Shown here: one piece after another, positions 42,818-52,452 of the stretch
Layout: every line of letters starts with the position of its first letter
Position numbering within the stretch: the stretch's first letter is position 1
DNA from: Phormidesmis sp.
GTDB lineage: Bacteria; Cyanobacteriota; Cyanobacteriia; Phormidesmidales; Phormidesmidaceae
Reading direction: 5' to 3'
NCBI GenBank assembly: GCA_045110585.1
Contig: JBGCGG010000063.1
Span: 11,732 to 75,731 of the forward strand
DNA length: 64,000 nucleotides
Notes under the pieces: model-generated
What the model was told of the DNA's origin: nothing
The model's input: only the letters and a program-made list of their open reading frames with translations
Databases searched by the model: none
Translations under genes and position numbers: made by a program

Positions 42818-43477
42818 TTACCGACGTTTCACCGTTGCGCTCGTGATGCCTGCGATCGCGACCAGTCCTAACAAACCTAGTGGCTCAGGCGTTGACGCTG
42901 TCGGCGATACAGTCGTTTTCAAAATTTGTCCTCGAATCTCACCTGGAAAGCCCGTCGATGAATCGAAGCGGTTCGTATGCACCTGAACGTATAGATCACC
43001 CGCTTCCAAAGCTGTCAGAAAATTGCTGAGCGGCTTAGAATCATTGGGATCGCTAATGCCGTTGCCATTGAGGTCAGAGACATCGCCATCGTCCCATACT
43101 CCGCTGAGGGTATTAGCCGCGTAGTCTACAACCAAATCATCGTCGTCTTCCGCAGGCAGCCCAAAGATATTAAGCGTATGGGGGCCATTTTCGCCTGTTG
43201 GCGCAGCGTGGATGTGGATTTTGTTGATATCTGCTGGAGCTGTGCGATCGCCTGGCGTCAGATCAACGCCCTGGAAAGACAGCGTATAGCTTAACTCTGT
43301 GCCCGCTTCATTTAGCTCAAAACTAGCGGTACCGCTTGCTTCAGAGCCAGTGCCTGGCACAACCTGATCGCCCGTGATGTTGGCACTAAAGGTGGCTGCT
43401 TGGGCCATATCTGTACTACCCATTGTGAATGAAGTAGCGGCGCTGGCAATCCAGCTAAACGTTTTGATTAAGTTCAT
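42818..43477 (-). CDS. CHRD-domain protein with a PEP-CTERM anchor
   Basis: Signal AQAAT; VVP..GSEASG.A, IHIHAAPTGENGP, LYVQVHT..F..GEIRGQI; C-terminal TPEPLGLLGLVAIAG...KRR. Confidence 0.88.
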   Translation of the reverse strand: MNLIKTFSWIASAATSFTMGSTDMAQAATFSANITGDQVVPGTGSEASGTASFELNEAGTELSYTLSFQGVDLTPGDRTAPADINKIHIHAAPTGENGPHTLNIFGLPAEDDDDLVVDYAANTLSGVWDDGDVSDLNGNGISDPNDSKPLSNFLTALEAGDLYVQVHTNRFDSSTGFPGEIRGQILKTTVSPTASTPEPLGLLGLVAIAGITSATVKRR

Positions 43478-43749
43478 TTTCAGGAGGCTTAGATGAGGGG
43501 CATTTATTATCCAATCACTAAAGAATATTCATTTCAAAAGACGCCCCGTCTATGTCGTTGCTCGTGACTAGCCGTTTTGGCGTCTTCAGCTGACGTATTC
43601 TATAGGTCTCGCTTGCTATAGGTCTCTCTCTAGTTAAGAAAGCACCAAGGACAGGAGCGCATTAGAATGCGTCTAAACACAGCGCGTCTAAGAAGAACGC
43701 ATCTAAAGAAGAACGCATCTAAAGAAGAACGAGTCTAGTAGCATTTGCA

Positions 43750-44532
43750 ATGCGAATTTTATTAGTAGATGACGAAGTAGAACTGACAGAGCCGCTGAGC
43801 CGCTTATTGCAGCGTCAGGGGTATGACGTAGAAGTTGCCGCCGATGGTGCCATTGGGTGCGATATGGCAACCGATGCCCACTACGATTTGCTGATTCTGG
43901 ACTGGATGTTGCCCGGAAAAACCGGATTAGAGATTTGCCGAGAAGTGCGATCGCTTGGGCAAACCACACCTGTACTGTTTTTAACGGCCAAAGATACCCT
44001 AGACGACCGCGTAGATGGCTTAGATGCCGGGGCAGACGATTACTTAGTGAAGCCTTTTGAGCTACGTGAGCTACTGGCCCGGGTTCGCGCCCTGCTCAGA
44101 CGCCCCCCTGCCATGGATGCGAACAGAGCAGATGGCAGTAGCCGCGCATCCGGTAGCTCGACCAGTAGCTTGGCCGGTAGCTCGACTGATAGCTTGGCAA
44201 GTCGTGTCGGGCGCGCTGATGTAGACCGCGCCGTGCTGCAGTTTGAAGATCTGTCTTTAGATATTGCTAATCAGGTGGCGAGTCGAGGGGGGCGCACCAT
44301 CGAGCTATCTGAAAAGGAAGTGAATTTGCTGGCTTATTTAATGCGATCGCCCCATCAGCTCCTTACCCACGCTCAAATTTACGATGCCGTGTGGGGCAAA
44401 GGTGCGACCCCAAGCAGCAATGCCCTCGCTGCGCAAATGCGACTGCTGCGCAAAAAAGTTGAGCAGGCTAGTCAGCCCACACTGATTCATACCGTATATG
44501 GCAAGGGGTATCGTTTCGGCGCATCTTCTTAG
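43750..44532 (+). CDS. manR: OmpR-family response regulator, ManR-like
   Basis: LLVDDE..LTEPLS, DLLILDWMLP, PVLFLTAKDTLDDRV, SSNALAAQMRLLR, VYGKGY; closely resembles Synechocystis ManR as recalled. Confidence 0.7.
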   Translation: MRILLVDDEVELTEPLSRLLQRQGYDVEVAADGAIGCDMATDAHYDLLILDWMLPGKTGLEICREVRSLGQTTPVLFLTAKDTLDDRVDGLDAGADDYLVKPFELRELLARVRALLRRPPAMDANRADGSSRASGSSTSSLAGSSTDSLASRVGRADVDRAVLQFEDLSLDIANQVASRGGRTIELSEKEVNLLAYLMRSPHQLLTHAQIYDAVWGKGATPSSNALAAQMRLLRKKVEQASQPTLIHTVYGKGYRFGASS

Positions 44533-44923
44533 GTGCCAGCGAGTTAGGTGCCAACGAGTTAGGTGCCAACGAGAAACGGGGTAAGGTCAGCAGCAAACTG
44601 GGTACACAAATATGGCAGCAATCCGCCTTTTTATCACCTGCTTTTTTTAGCAGGCGTGCACCTTTAACGGTGGCCCAGCTGCCGCATACGAGTAAATACG
44701 GTTGTTCTGTATCAAATAATTTATGCTGACTTCATGATACCTCAGTATATTTACTTAAGTTTTGTGCAATTCTGATAAAGCAGGGAGAAAACAAGGATGA
44801 GTGACGTCTTTGTTTTTATAGATAACCTGCAACTCGACGACTTGCCTAGTCTGCTGACCTTGTGCCATTCGCAACGCCGCAGAGAACTTTAATACGGCTC
44901 GCGCCACCCAGCTAGCAACATAA

Positions 44924-46408
44924 ATGAGCAAAAAAAGGAACAGTGTTTTCTCAGGTGTGGTTCCGGTATTAGGAGCCTCCCAAACGACTGCGCCTATTTC
45001 ATTAGGGGCGGCGGCGATCGCTCGCTACACTCAAAACGCCGGTCAGAACTTTGTCGATTCTGACCCCACCGTTCGCTACTCGACCGGCAGCACCCTCCTC
45101 GATTCCTTTGTTCAAGCCGCTGAATACGATGCCTTTGCGCTACAGAGTGAACTAACCGCCCTCAGCTTTGAACTTAAGCGCATCGCCAATCCTCGGCTCA
45201 AGCCAAGACCCGAGCAAAATGGAACAGCCGCTGTACCTAACGAGGCTGTTCGCGCCAAGCGCCAAGCCATTATGCAGGCGCGTCAAAAAGCCCAACGGCA
45301 GGCTCAAAAAGCGCTACAGCAGGTTAAAGCCCAACGTGCAGCTCAGTCGGGTACTCATGCACAGGGCGGCGTAACTGTAGCACGCAACGAAGCTGTACCA
45401 GCCGAAGCTACACGCAATGGTTCCCTTTCCAACAGAGCCGCCAGCAGAGTTGTCCGTAACAGAACTGTTCCGAACGGTTCCGGCGCAAATGGTGCTATCC
45501 CCAAAGGGATCGCAGCTAAGCTACAGCGTCAAGTGCACGGTAATCAAGTGCACGGTAATCAAGTGCACAGTAAGTCTGAGCAGCGTCGTGTAGGCCAATC
45601 TCCTCAGCAAAGACCTCCCTTGGCCGCAGCCCCGTCGCCTTCTTCCCCCCAAGCCGCACCTGCCCAATCACCTGTGGTGAAGGTGTATGGTGGCGCTGAC
45701 TATAAGGCGATGCAGGCCCGCGCTCAAGCTGGAGGCTTAGTAAATTTAGACGATTCTTTGCTGTTTGGTGGCGCTGAGAACTCCGCTGCTAAAAAGGATC
45801 GAAAAGCAGCGTCTATCTCGCTCGATCAAACGTTCTTAGTTTCCTTCAGCGAGCCGCTTGAGGATTTTACAGCCTCCCCAATTCCTGGTGGTTGGCATCC
45901 TACGGCTCATTTAGATGCCTCTGAGCTAGCGGCTGACGCTTGGCAGCAAACGGTGTTGGATATTGACAGCTTTAAGCTTAATGACCTCTCTGAAGATCTG
46001 GCTGAAGATGTCGCTGATCCTGCTACTGAGGAAAACCACGACTTAGTCGTCAAGAGTGCGGATTTGGCTGATTCTGATTTGGCTGAGTCCGATTCGGCTG
46101 ATGGCCACGCCTACGCAGCGCAGATGGAGACCCAAGAGATAGTCGATAGTGCTGAAGAAATGGCCGCATTGAATGCGCTGGGTAAGCAGGTGAGCTACCT
46201 TAATCGGCGGATAGAGTTCTTGAGTAAAAAGCTTGCAGAGATAACGACGGCTGAAACGGATGTGGCCCAAGCCTCTGGCAATAGAACCTTAGCGGGACAG
46301 GAGGGGCGTAGTTCCGTCGTTTTAGCCTTGGATGCGTTTGAGCTGAGCGAGGGGCGTACTGCGGAAAAGCGATTAGCTACGTTGGAGCCTTTGGTTAAGG
46401 CGATATAG
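44924..46408 (+). CDS. Hypothetical low-complexity/coiled-coil protein
   Basis: 494-codon ORF with Ala/Gln-rich middle, acidic region and C-terminal coiled coil; no recognised domain. Confidence 0.6.
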   Translation: MSKKRNSVFSGVVPVLGASQTTAPISLGAAAIARYTQNAGQNFVDSDPTVRYSTGSTLLDSFVQAAEYDAFALQSELTALSFELKRIANPRLKPRPEQNGTAAVPNEAVRAKRQAIMQARQKAQRQAQKALQQVKAQRAAQSGTHAQGGVTVARNEAVPAEATRNGSLSNRAASRVVRNRTVPNGSGANGAIPKGIAAKLQRQVHGNQVHGNQVHSKSEQRRVGQSPQQRPPLAAAPSPSSPQAAPAQSPVVKVYGGADYKAMQARAQAGGLVNLDDSLLFGGAENSAAKKDRKAASISLDQTFLVSFSEPLEDFTASPIPGGWHPTAHLDASELAADAWQQTVLDIDSFKLNDLSEDLAEDVADPATEENHDLVVKSADLADSDLAESDSADGHAYAAQMETQEIVDSAEEMAALNALGKQVSYLNRRIEFLSKKLAEITTAETDVAQASGNRTLAGQEGRSSVVLALDAFELSEGRTAEKRLATLEPLVKAI

Positions 46409-46599
46409 CTATTGGCACGGATAGCTGCTGTGACGGGCTGAGCATTGCCATTGAGTTTATTGCTAACTTCTGTTCGCTGAGTGCGTGATATCTCGCTTAA
46501 GTAAACAGCTAAGCAAACAGCCGCTGACAAGGTTAACTTGGTCGGCGGCTGTTTGTTGTTGATGGCTTTTATGTTGGTTTCTTTGGGCGTGCGAGCATT

Positions 46600-47661
46600 T
46601 TAGCGATCGCCATACAGATTTTCGTAATATCCCTTGTACTCTTCAGAGAGGAGTGCTTGCCACCATTCGCGATTGTTTAAGTACCACTCCACCGTTTGTT
46701 TGAGGCCGGTTTCAAAGTTATAAGCTGGTGTCCAACCCAGATCTCGCTCAATTTTGGAAATATCCATTGCGTAACGGCGATCGTGGCCAGGGCGGTCGGT
46801 GACAAATGTAATCAGATCGCGCGGTGCGGTGGGCAAATCACCTGCTAGCTCGCCCATTAAGTCGCAGAGCTGATGCACGATGTCGAGGTTTTTGACCTGA
46901 TTGTTGCCTCCGATGTTGTACACATCGCCAGGGTTGGCCTTTTGTAATACGGTGTCGATTGCGGAGCAGTGATCGCTGACATGCAGCCAGTCACGTACAT
47001 TCTGGCCATCGCCATACACTGGCAAAGGCTTACCCAACAGAATGTTGAGGCACATGAGCGGAATCAATTTTTCGGGGAATTGGTATGGCCCGTAGTTATT
47101 GGAGCAATTGGTGATTAGGGTGGGCATGCCGTAGGTGTGGAAGTAGGCGCGAGCGAGGTGGTCGCTGCCTGCTTTTGAAGCGGAATAGGGGCTGTTGGGT
47201 GCGTAGGGTGTGGTTTCAGTAAAGGCTGGATCGTCTGCTTCTAGGCTGCCGTATACTTCATCGGTAGAGACATGGAGGAAGCGGTAGTCTTCAGGTTTGC
47301 CTTTGTCCTGCCAACGGTTGCGGAAGGCTTCGAGCAGGGTAAAGGTGCCGACGACGTTAGTTTGAACGAAGGCTGCGGGGCCAAGTATGGACCTATCAAC
47401 ATGGGATTCGGCGGCGAAGTGAATCACAGTGTCAATGTCTTCTTCGGCCAGAATGTCAGTGACGAGTTTGCCATCGCAAATGTCACCTTTAATAAGGCGA
47501 AAGCGGTCTTGCTCGATGAGGTCAGAGAGGTTTTCTTTATTTCCTGCGTAGCCAAGAATATCGAGGACAACGACTCGGCCGTCGTGATTTTGGCACCAGT
47601 GGTGTACGAAGTTGGAGCCGATGAACCCGGCCCCGCCGGTAATAAGAACGCGTTTTGACAT
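46600..47661 (-). CDS. rfbB: dTDP-glucose 4,6-dehydratase
   Basis: TGGAGFIG, HFAAESHVDRSI, STDEVYG, YSASK, CSNNYGPYQFPEK, DRPGHDRRY; ATG at 47661. Confidence 0.97.
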   Translation of the reverse strand: MSKRVLITGGAGFIGSNFVHHWCQNHDGRVVVLDILGYAGNKENLSDLIEQDRFRLIKGDICDGKLVTDILAEEDIDTVIHFAAESHVDRSILGPAAFVQTNVVGTFTLLEAFRNRWQDKGKPEDYRFLHVSTDEVYGSLEADDPAFTETTPYAPNSPYSASKAGSDHLARAYFHTYGMPTLITNCSNNYGPYQFPEKLIPLMCLNILLGKPLPVYGDGQNVRDWLHVSDHCSAIDTVLQKANPGDVYNIGGNNQVKNLDIVHQLCDLMGELAGDLPTAPRDLITFVTDRPGHDRRYAMDISKIERDLGWTPAYNFETGLKQTVEWYLNNREWWQALLSEEYKGYYENLYGDR

Positions 47662-47717
47662 GGTTTGTTTGAAGTCTAGGGGAAAGTGATTGTGTTTGGG
47701 GTTGAGCTGGTAAGCTC

Positions 47718-47751
47718 GCCCCGCCCTACCGGGCACCCCGCCAGAGGGGAT
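47718..47751. repeat. Short/truncated copy of the dispersed repeat at 20615
   Basis: gccccgccctaccgggcacccc versus gccccgccctgctgagtacccc. Confidence 0.45.
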
Positions 47752-47960
47752 TTATTTTAGGCAGTGGCGTTGACTGTGATAGCGATTTCTGTACCCTACA
47801 GAAACAAGCTGATATAACTCCTTTGGGCGCTGGGGTGCCTTTGTCTGAAGGTGCGCCACTAGGGAATGCATCTTCAGGCAAAGGCCGTAAGGACTGGCTT
47901 TAACGTTTAGGCCACTTAGTCTGTTGCTAAAAGGTCTGTTGCTAAAAGTCAGTTCAATTG

Positions 47961-49037
47961 TTAAGTCAGCTCAATTTTAGAGTCATCACCGACCATGAAC
48001 CGCAATGCTTTGGGGCGATGATCCGTAATCGTCAGCTTGGCTCTTTCACCGATCAGGCTATCTACAATGCGGCGCTGAATGCCCGAAATAGTCGCACCTT
48101 CGAGTACAACGCTGTGGTCAATTTCAATGTTGCTCATGCTAACGCCGTTGGCGATGCTGGTGTAGGAGCCAACGAAGCAGTTTTCGAGGATGCAGTTTTC
48201 ACCAATGACAACGGGGCCGCGAATGGTGCAGTTGGTGAGGCGAGACCCTCTGCCGATGATAGCGCGCCCTTTTACTTTGCTCTGTTCATCCACATCGCCA
48301 TGGACTACTGCTTTGGTGAGGTACTCATCGAGGATGATGCTGTTGGCTTCTAGCAAGTCGTCTTTTTTCCCAGTGTCTAGCCACCAGCCTGTTAGCTCTT
48401 TGGCTTCGACGGTTTCGCCTGTGCTGATGAGCTGCTGAATGGCGTCAGTGATTTCGAGTTCGCCGCGTGGGGAGGGTTTGATCTGGGCGATGGCCTCATG
48501 AATTTTGGGTGAGAACAAGTACACGCCCACCAAAGCCAAGTTAGACGGTGGATCTTTCGGCTTTTCGACCAGTTTCATAACGCTGCCATCTGCCGCGATT
48601 TGAGCGACCCCGAAGGCGGTGGGATTTTCTACCTGTTTGAGCATGATGATGGCACCGACCGACTTTTGTTTAAAGTCTTCGACGAAGCCGCCAAGCTGAT
48701 CTTGAATGAGGTTGTCACCGAGATACATCACAAATGGAGAATTGCCTAAAAAGGGCTGGGCAATTTTGACCGCATGGGCAAGACCGTCTGGACTGTTTTG
48801 GTGAATGTAGGTGATTTTGGCGCCAAAGCGATCGCCTGTGCCCGTTTTCTCTTCAATCTCAGGGCCTGTTTCGGGGCTGACGATAATGCCAATTTCGGTG
48901 ATGCCAGCGGCGACTAGGCTCTCAATGCCGTACCAAAGGATAGGTTTGTTGGCGACGGGAACCAGCTGTTTCGCGCCCGTGTAGGTTAGAGGGCGCAGGC
49001 GAGTGCCTTTACCACCGGAGAGAATCAGTGCTTTCAT
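47961..49037 (-). CDS. rfbA: Glucose-1-phosphate thymidylyltransferase (long form)
   Basis: GGKGTRLRPLT, KQLVPVANKP, YLGDN, EKP, RGELEITD, WLDTG. Confidence 0.95.
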   Translation of the reverse strand: MKALILSGGKGTRLRPLTYTGAKQLVPVANKPILWYGIESLVAAGITEIGIIVSPETGPEIEEKTGTGDRFGAKITYIHQNSPDGLAHAVKIAQPFLGNSPFVMYLGDNLIQDQLGGFVEDFKQKSVGAIIMLKQVENPTAFGVAQIAADGSVMKLVEKPKDPPSNLALVGVYLFSPKIHEAIAQIKPSPRGELEITDAIQQLISTGETVEAKELTGWWLDTGKKDDLLEANSIILDEYLTKAVVHGDVDEQSKVKGRAIIGRGSRLTNCTIRGPVVIGENCILENCFVGSYTSIANGVSMSNIEIDHSVVLEGATISGIQRRIVDSLIGERAKLTITDHRPKALRFMVGDDSKIELT

Positions 49038-49191
49038 GTGAATTCTTATTAGGAGTAAGGGTGGGATTGAAAATGAACAGAGACAGGCTGCAATTCCGTT
49101 TTTAGGGAGTTGGCCTGTATGAAATTGGCCTGTACGAAGTTTTCCCGGATGGAATCTCTCCGTATGGAAGAGCCATAAAGATGATGAGGTG

Positions 49192-50178
49192 CTAAGAGGC
49201 GATCGCTTGTGGTTGTTCGGATTCGATATAGTCGCTTAGCATGGCGCGGAGGCTGTCTCGCCAGTAGGGCGGCGGGGCTGCTAGCACGGCAGAAATTTTC
49301 TGGCAGCTCAGCACGGAATAGGGAGGGCGCTGCGCAGGGGTTGGGTAGTCCGCTGTTGTGAGCGGATTAACGGTTTGAGTTTTGAGGGGTACGCCTAGCG
49401 CTTGAGCTTCTTCAAAAATGGCAAGGGCAAAGTCATACCAGCTCGCCACGCCGCTGTTTGTAAAGTGATAAGTGCCTGCCAGGGTGCTGTCTTTTGTAAG
49501 GCGCGTGCTCAGCTGATAAATTGCGTCGGCAATGTCTTTTGCCCAGGTCGGTGACCCGATTTGGTCGGCTACGATGCCCAACGTGTCTCGCTTTTTGGCG
49601 AGTCGTAGCATTGTTTTGCAAAAGTTGCCTTTGCCGTAGGTGCCGTACACCCAAGCTGTGCGCAAAATGATGTGATTATCTAGGGCTGTGCGGATAGCTT
49701 CTTCGCCTGCTAGCTTGCTTTTGCCATAGACACTAATGGGGCCTGTGGTGTCTGTTTCGGTGCGGGGGGAGCCTTCTGTGCCTGGAAAAACATAGTCTGT
49801 AGAGATATGGATGAGGGCCGCGCCGCACGTTGCTGCCGATTCTGCCATGACTTGAGTGGCTTCAGCATTAATGCGGTGGGCCAGCTCAGGCTCGCTTTCC
49901 GCTTGATCGACGGCGGTATAAGCGGCGGCGTTGATGATTAGGCTGGGGCTAAGCGCGGTGATTTTTTGGGCGATCGCCTCCAAATCTGTGAGGTCTAGCT
50001 CGTCTCTGCCCACAGCGGTGACAGGGCCTAGCGTAGAGTCGCTTTGGCTAAGTACCTGCAACAGTTCTTGACCGACCTGGCCGTTTGCGCCAATTAGGAG
50101 TACGGAGGCGGCTTGGGTTGAGTCTGTTTGGGTTGAGTCTGGTTGAGTAGAGGCTATTTGGGTTGGTTGGTTGCTCAT
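49192..50178 (-). CDS. rfbD: dTDP-4-dehydrorhamnose reductase
   Basis: GANGQVG, NAAAYTAVD, STDYVF, YGKSK, DQIGSPT, RPPYS. Confidence 0.95.
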   Translation of the reverse strand: MSNQPTQIASTQPDSTQTDSTQAASVLLIGANGQVGQELLQVLSQSDSTLGPVTAVGRDELDLTDLEAIAQKITALSPSLIINAAAYTAVDQAESEPELAHRINAEATQVMAESAATCGAALIHISTDYVFPGTEGSPRTETDTTGPISVYGKSKLAGEEAIRTALDNHIILRTAWVYGTYGKGNFCKTMLRLAKKRDTLGIVADQIGSPTWAKDIADAIYQLSTRLTKDSTLAGTYHFTNSGVASWYDFALAIFEEAQALGVPLKTQTVNPLTTADYPTPAQRPPYSVLSCQKISAVLAAPPPYWRDSLRAMLSDYIESEQPQAIAS

Positions 50179-50753
50179 TTGGAGCGTCCCTCCGAAAAAT
50201 CGGCGTAGTCTACCAAGTCCGCTTTATCTAGCGTTGCACCCTCAGCGTCTTTTTGAGAAACGATGGGTTCTTTGCCTGCTGTTGGCCATTGAATATTGAG
50301 GGTGGGGTCGTTCCAGACAAGGCTACGCTCATATTGCGGGCTGTAGAAATCGGTGGCTTTGTACAGCACATCTGCCGTCTCAGACAGAACGTAAAACCCG
50401 TGGGCAAAACCTGGTGGAATCCAGAGCTGCTTTTTATTTTCGGCACTTAAAATTTTGCCGACTGATTTACCAAAGGTGGGTGAACCTTGGCGAATATCGA
50501 CCGCGACGTCATAGATGCTACCGATAGCGACACGCACAAGCTTGCCCTGGGCGTTTTGCAGTTGATAGTGCAGCCCACGCAAGATATTGCTGGTTGAGGA
50601 AGAATGGTTGTCTTGCACAAAGGTGTAGTGGTGACCAATCGCCTCGTCAAAAGCTTTTTGGTTGAAGCTCTCTAGGAAGAACCCGCGTTCATCTTGAAAT
50701 ACCCGAGGTTCGATAACGACAACCTCAGGAATTTTAGTTTGCGTGATCTGCAT
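50175..50753 (-). CDS. rfbC: dTDP-4-dehydrorhamnose 3,5-epimerase
   Basis: DERGFF, QDNHS, LRGLHYQ, DVAVDIR, PPGFAHGF. Confidence 0.96.
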   Translation of the reverse strand: MQITQTKIPEVVVIEPRVFQDERGFFLESFNQKAFDEAIGHHYTFVQDNHSSSTSNILRGLHYQLQNAQGKLVRVAIGSIYDVAVDIRQGSPTFGKSVGKILSAENKKQLWIPPGFAHGFYVLSETADVLYKATDFYSPQYERSLVWNDPTLNIQWPTAGKEPIVSQKDAEGATLDKADLVDYADFSEGRSK

Positions 50754-51185
50754 ATTGAATCCCAATGATGTTGAATCTTGTTTGGCTGAGATAGCGGTGT
50801 CTGTTTGGCGATTGGACTGTGAGAAGTCCTTGCCTTAAGAAGCCCTTGAGAAGGCCCTGAGAAGGCCCTGAGAAGGCCTTGAGGAAACCGCTTCTGGAGA
50901 TATTTCGGCTACAAAAGGCAGGCTCAGGAAAACGGATAGGAAAAACTAAGCCTGTAAAGCTACTTACACAACGAATAAATCTCAGCCTGAGTGGCCCGAT
51001 TAGGCCAGTGTAATTGGCTAAACTTTTTAACAATATTTACCGTATTTCCTGCTTATCGTCTCAATTAAGCGGAAAAAAAGCCACAGCTTATGCTGATGCT
51101 CACCAGCCTGTAAATGTTTTGACAAGAAGACAATCCTTCCCGGCTAGGCATGTTTATGGCAGGTGCTTTTTGTGCTAGGGCCATC

Positions 51186-51231
51186 ACCGTAGGCCCTGCA
51201 TACTCTGCGAAGAGGCAAGGGCCTACGGTGA
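51186..51231 (-). terminator. Stem-loop between the GT4 gene and rfbC
   Basis: caccgtaggccct...agggcctacggtg, 13-bp arms. Confidence 0.55.
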
Positions 51232-51268
51232 TCGCTAGGCGAGTAGAGCTTAGCTAGTGGCGTGTGTT

Positions 51269-52420
51269 CTAAACAAATGGCTGAAGTACTTCAACCGTCG
51301 CTTGTCCAGTTTTTTCCCAGCTAAATGCTCTGACCCGTTGAAGTCCAGCTTTGCGTAGCTGCTGTTGGGTCGTATTATCGGTGGCGATCGCGCTCATAGC
51401 GCCAACCATTGTTTGCATATTTCCGGGATCGATAAGATACGCCGCATCACCAGTGACTTCTGGTAGAGAGGCGACTTTGGACGCGATGACAGGCGTGCCG
51501 CAAGCCATTGCTTCCAGAACCGGTAGGCCGAAGCCTTCCCAGAGGCTAGGGAACACAAGTGCGATCGCGTGACTTAAGAGCGCAGGCAATTGGCTGTAGG
51601 GTACGTAGCTTAGGAACTTAACGCGCGATCGCACGCCCTTTTCCACGGCGAGCTTTTCTAACTCAGGTGTGTAGCGTGGATCTATGGGCCCTGCGATGAC
51701 AAGCTGACAGTCTGGTACCTGCGCCAACGCCGTAATGACGGCACCAATGTTTTTGTAGGGGGCCTGTCGGCCTAGGGTTAGAAAATAGGGCGTGTTAGTG
51801 AGCGATAGGGCCTGTGGAAAATTAGGGCGGGCGCTTACTGGGCGAAAGTGTTTGGCATCGTAGGCCAGCGGGATAGGAACGAGCTTATGGGCGGGGATGC
51901 CGTAGAAGTCTGTGACGTCTCGGGCAGTGGCTTCGCTGTTGCAGATGACTTTTTTCGCTTGTGCCAGAACCTGTGGAACGTAGTAGCGATAATAGTGTTT
52001 GATGGCCCCAAACTCGTGGGGAAAACGGAGGGGAATGAGATCGTGAAAGGTCACGATAGAGCGAAAAGATGGCCTGGATTCAAAGAACGACAGCGGCGCT
52101 TCAGGGATGGGCGTGAATAAGAGAGATGACTGGGACGTGCGCTTAGGGGTGATTAATTTGGGTAGCTGAAACTGTGTCCATAGCAGGCGGCGCAGGTGCC
52201 CGGCAGTGCCGTTCTCTGCGGTCATATTGGTCGGGACAGAACGGTAGTTAGCGCGATTGCTCGGAGCACTGGCTAACCCATCTGGTAATCTCTCCGCTAA
52301 TCCGCTGGCAGGTGTCGCTAAATAAACGGGCGATAGCGCTTCTATGTAGGGAAGTAGGTTCAGCGCATAGCTCGTTGTCCCGGTTGGACGTTTTAATAGA
52401 TAGGCCAGGTTAACAAACAT
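51269..52420 (-). CDS. Glycosyltransferase family 4 (GT-B)
   Basis: HDLIP, NSEAT, YKN, PSLWEGFGLPVLEAMACG; ATG at 52420 preferred. Confidence 0.92.
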   Translation of the reverse strand: MFVNLAYLLKRPTGTTSYALNLLPYIEALSPVYLATPASGLAERLPDGLASAPSNRANYRSVPTNMTAENGTAGHLRRLLWTQFQLPKLITPKRTSQSSLLFTPIPEAPLSFFESRPSFRSIVTFHDLIPLRFPHEFGAIKHYYRYYVPQVLAQAKKVICNSEATARDVTDFYGIPAHKLVPIPLAYDAKHFRPVSARPNFPQALSLTNTPYFLTLGRQAPYKNIGAVITALAQVPDCQLVIAGPIDPRYTPELEKLAVEKGVRSRVKFLSYVPYSQLPALLSHAIALVFPSLWEGFGLPVLEAMACGTPVIASKVASLPEVTGDAAYLIDPGNMQTMVGAMSAIATDNTTQQQLRKAGLQRVRAFSWEKTGQATVEVLQPFV

Positions 52421-52452
52421 ATATCGACCCTGTACTCTACGACCCGTGTACT

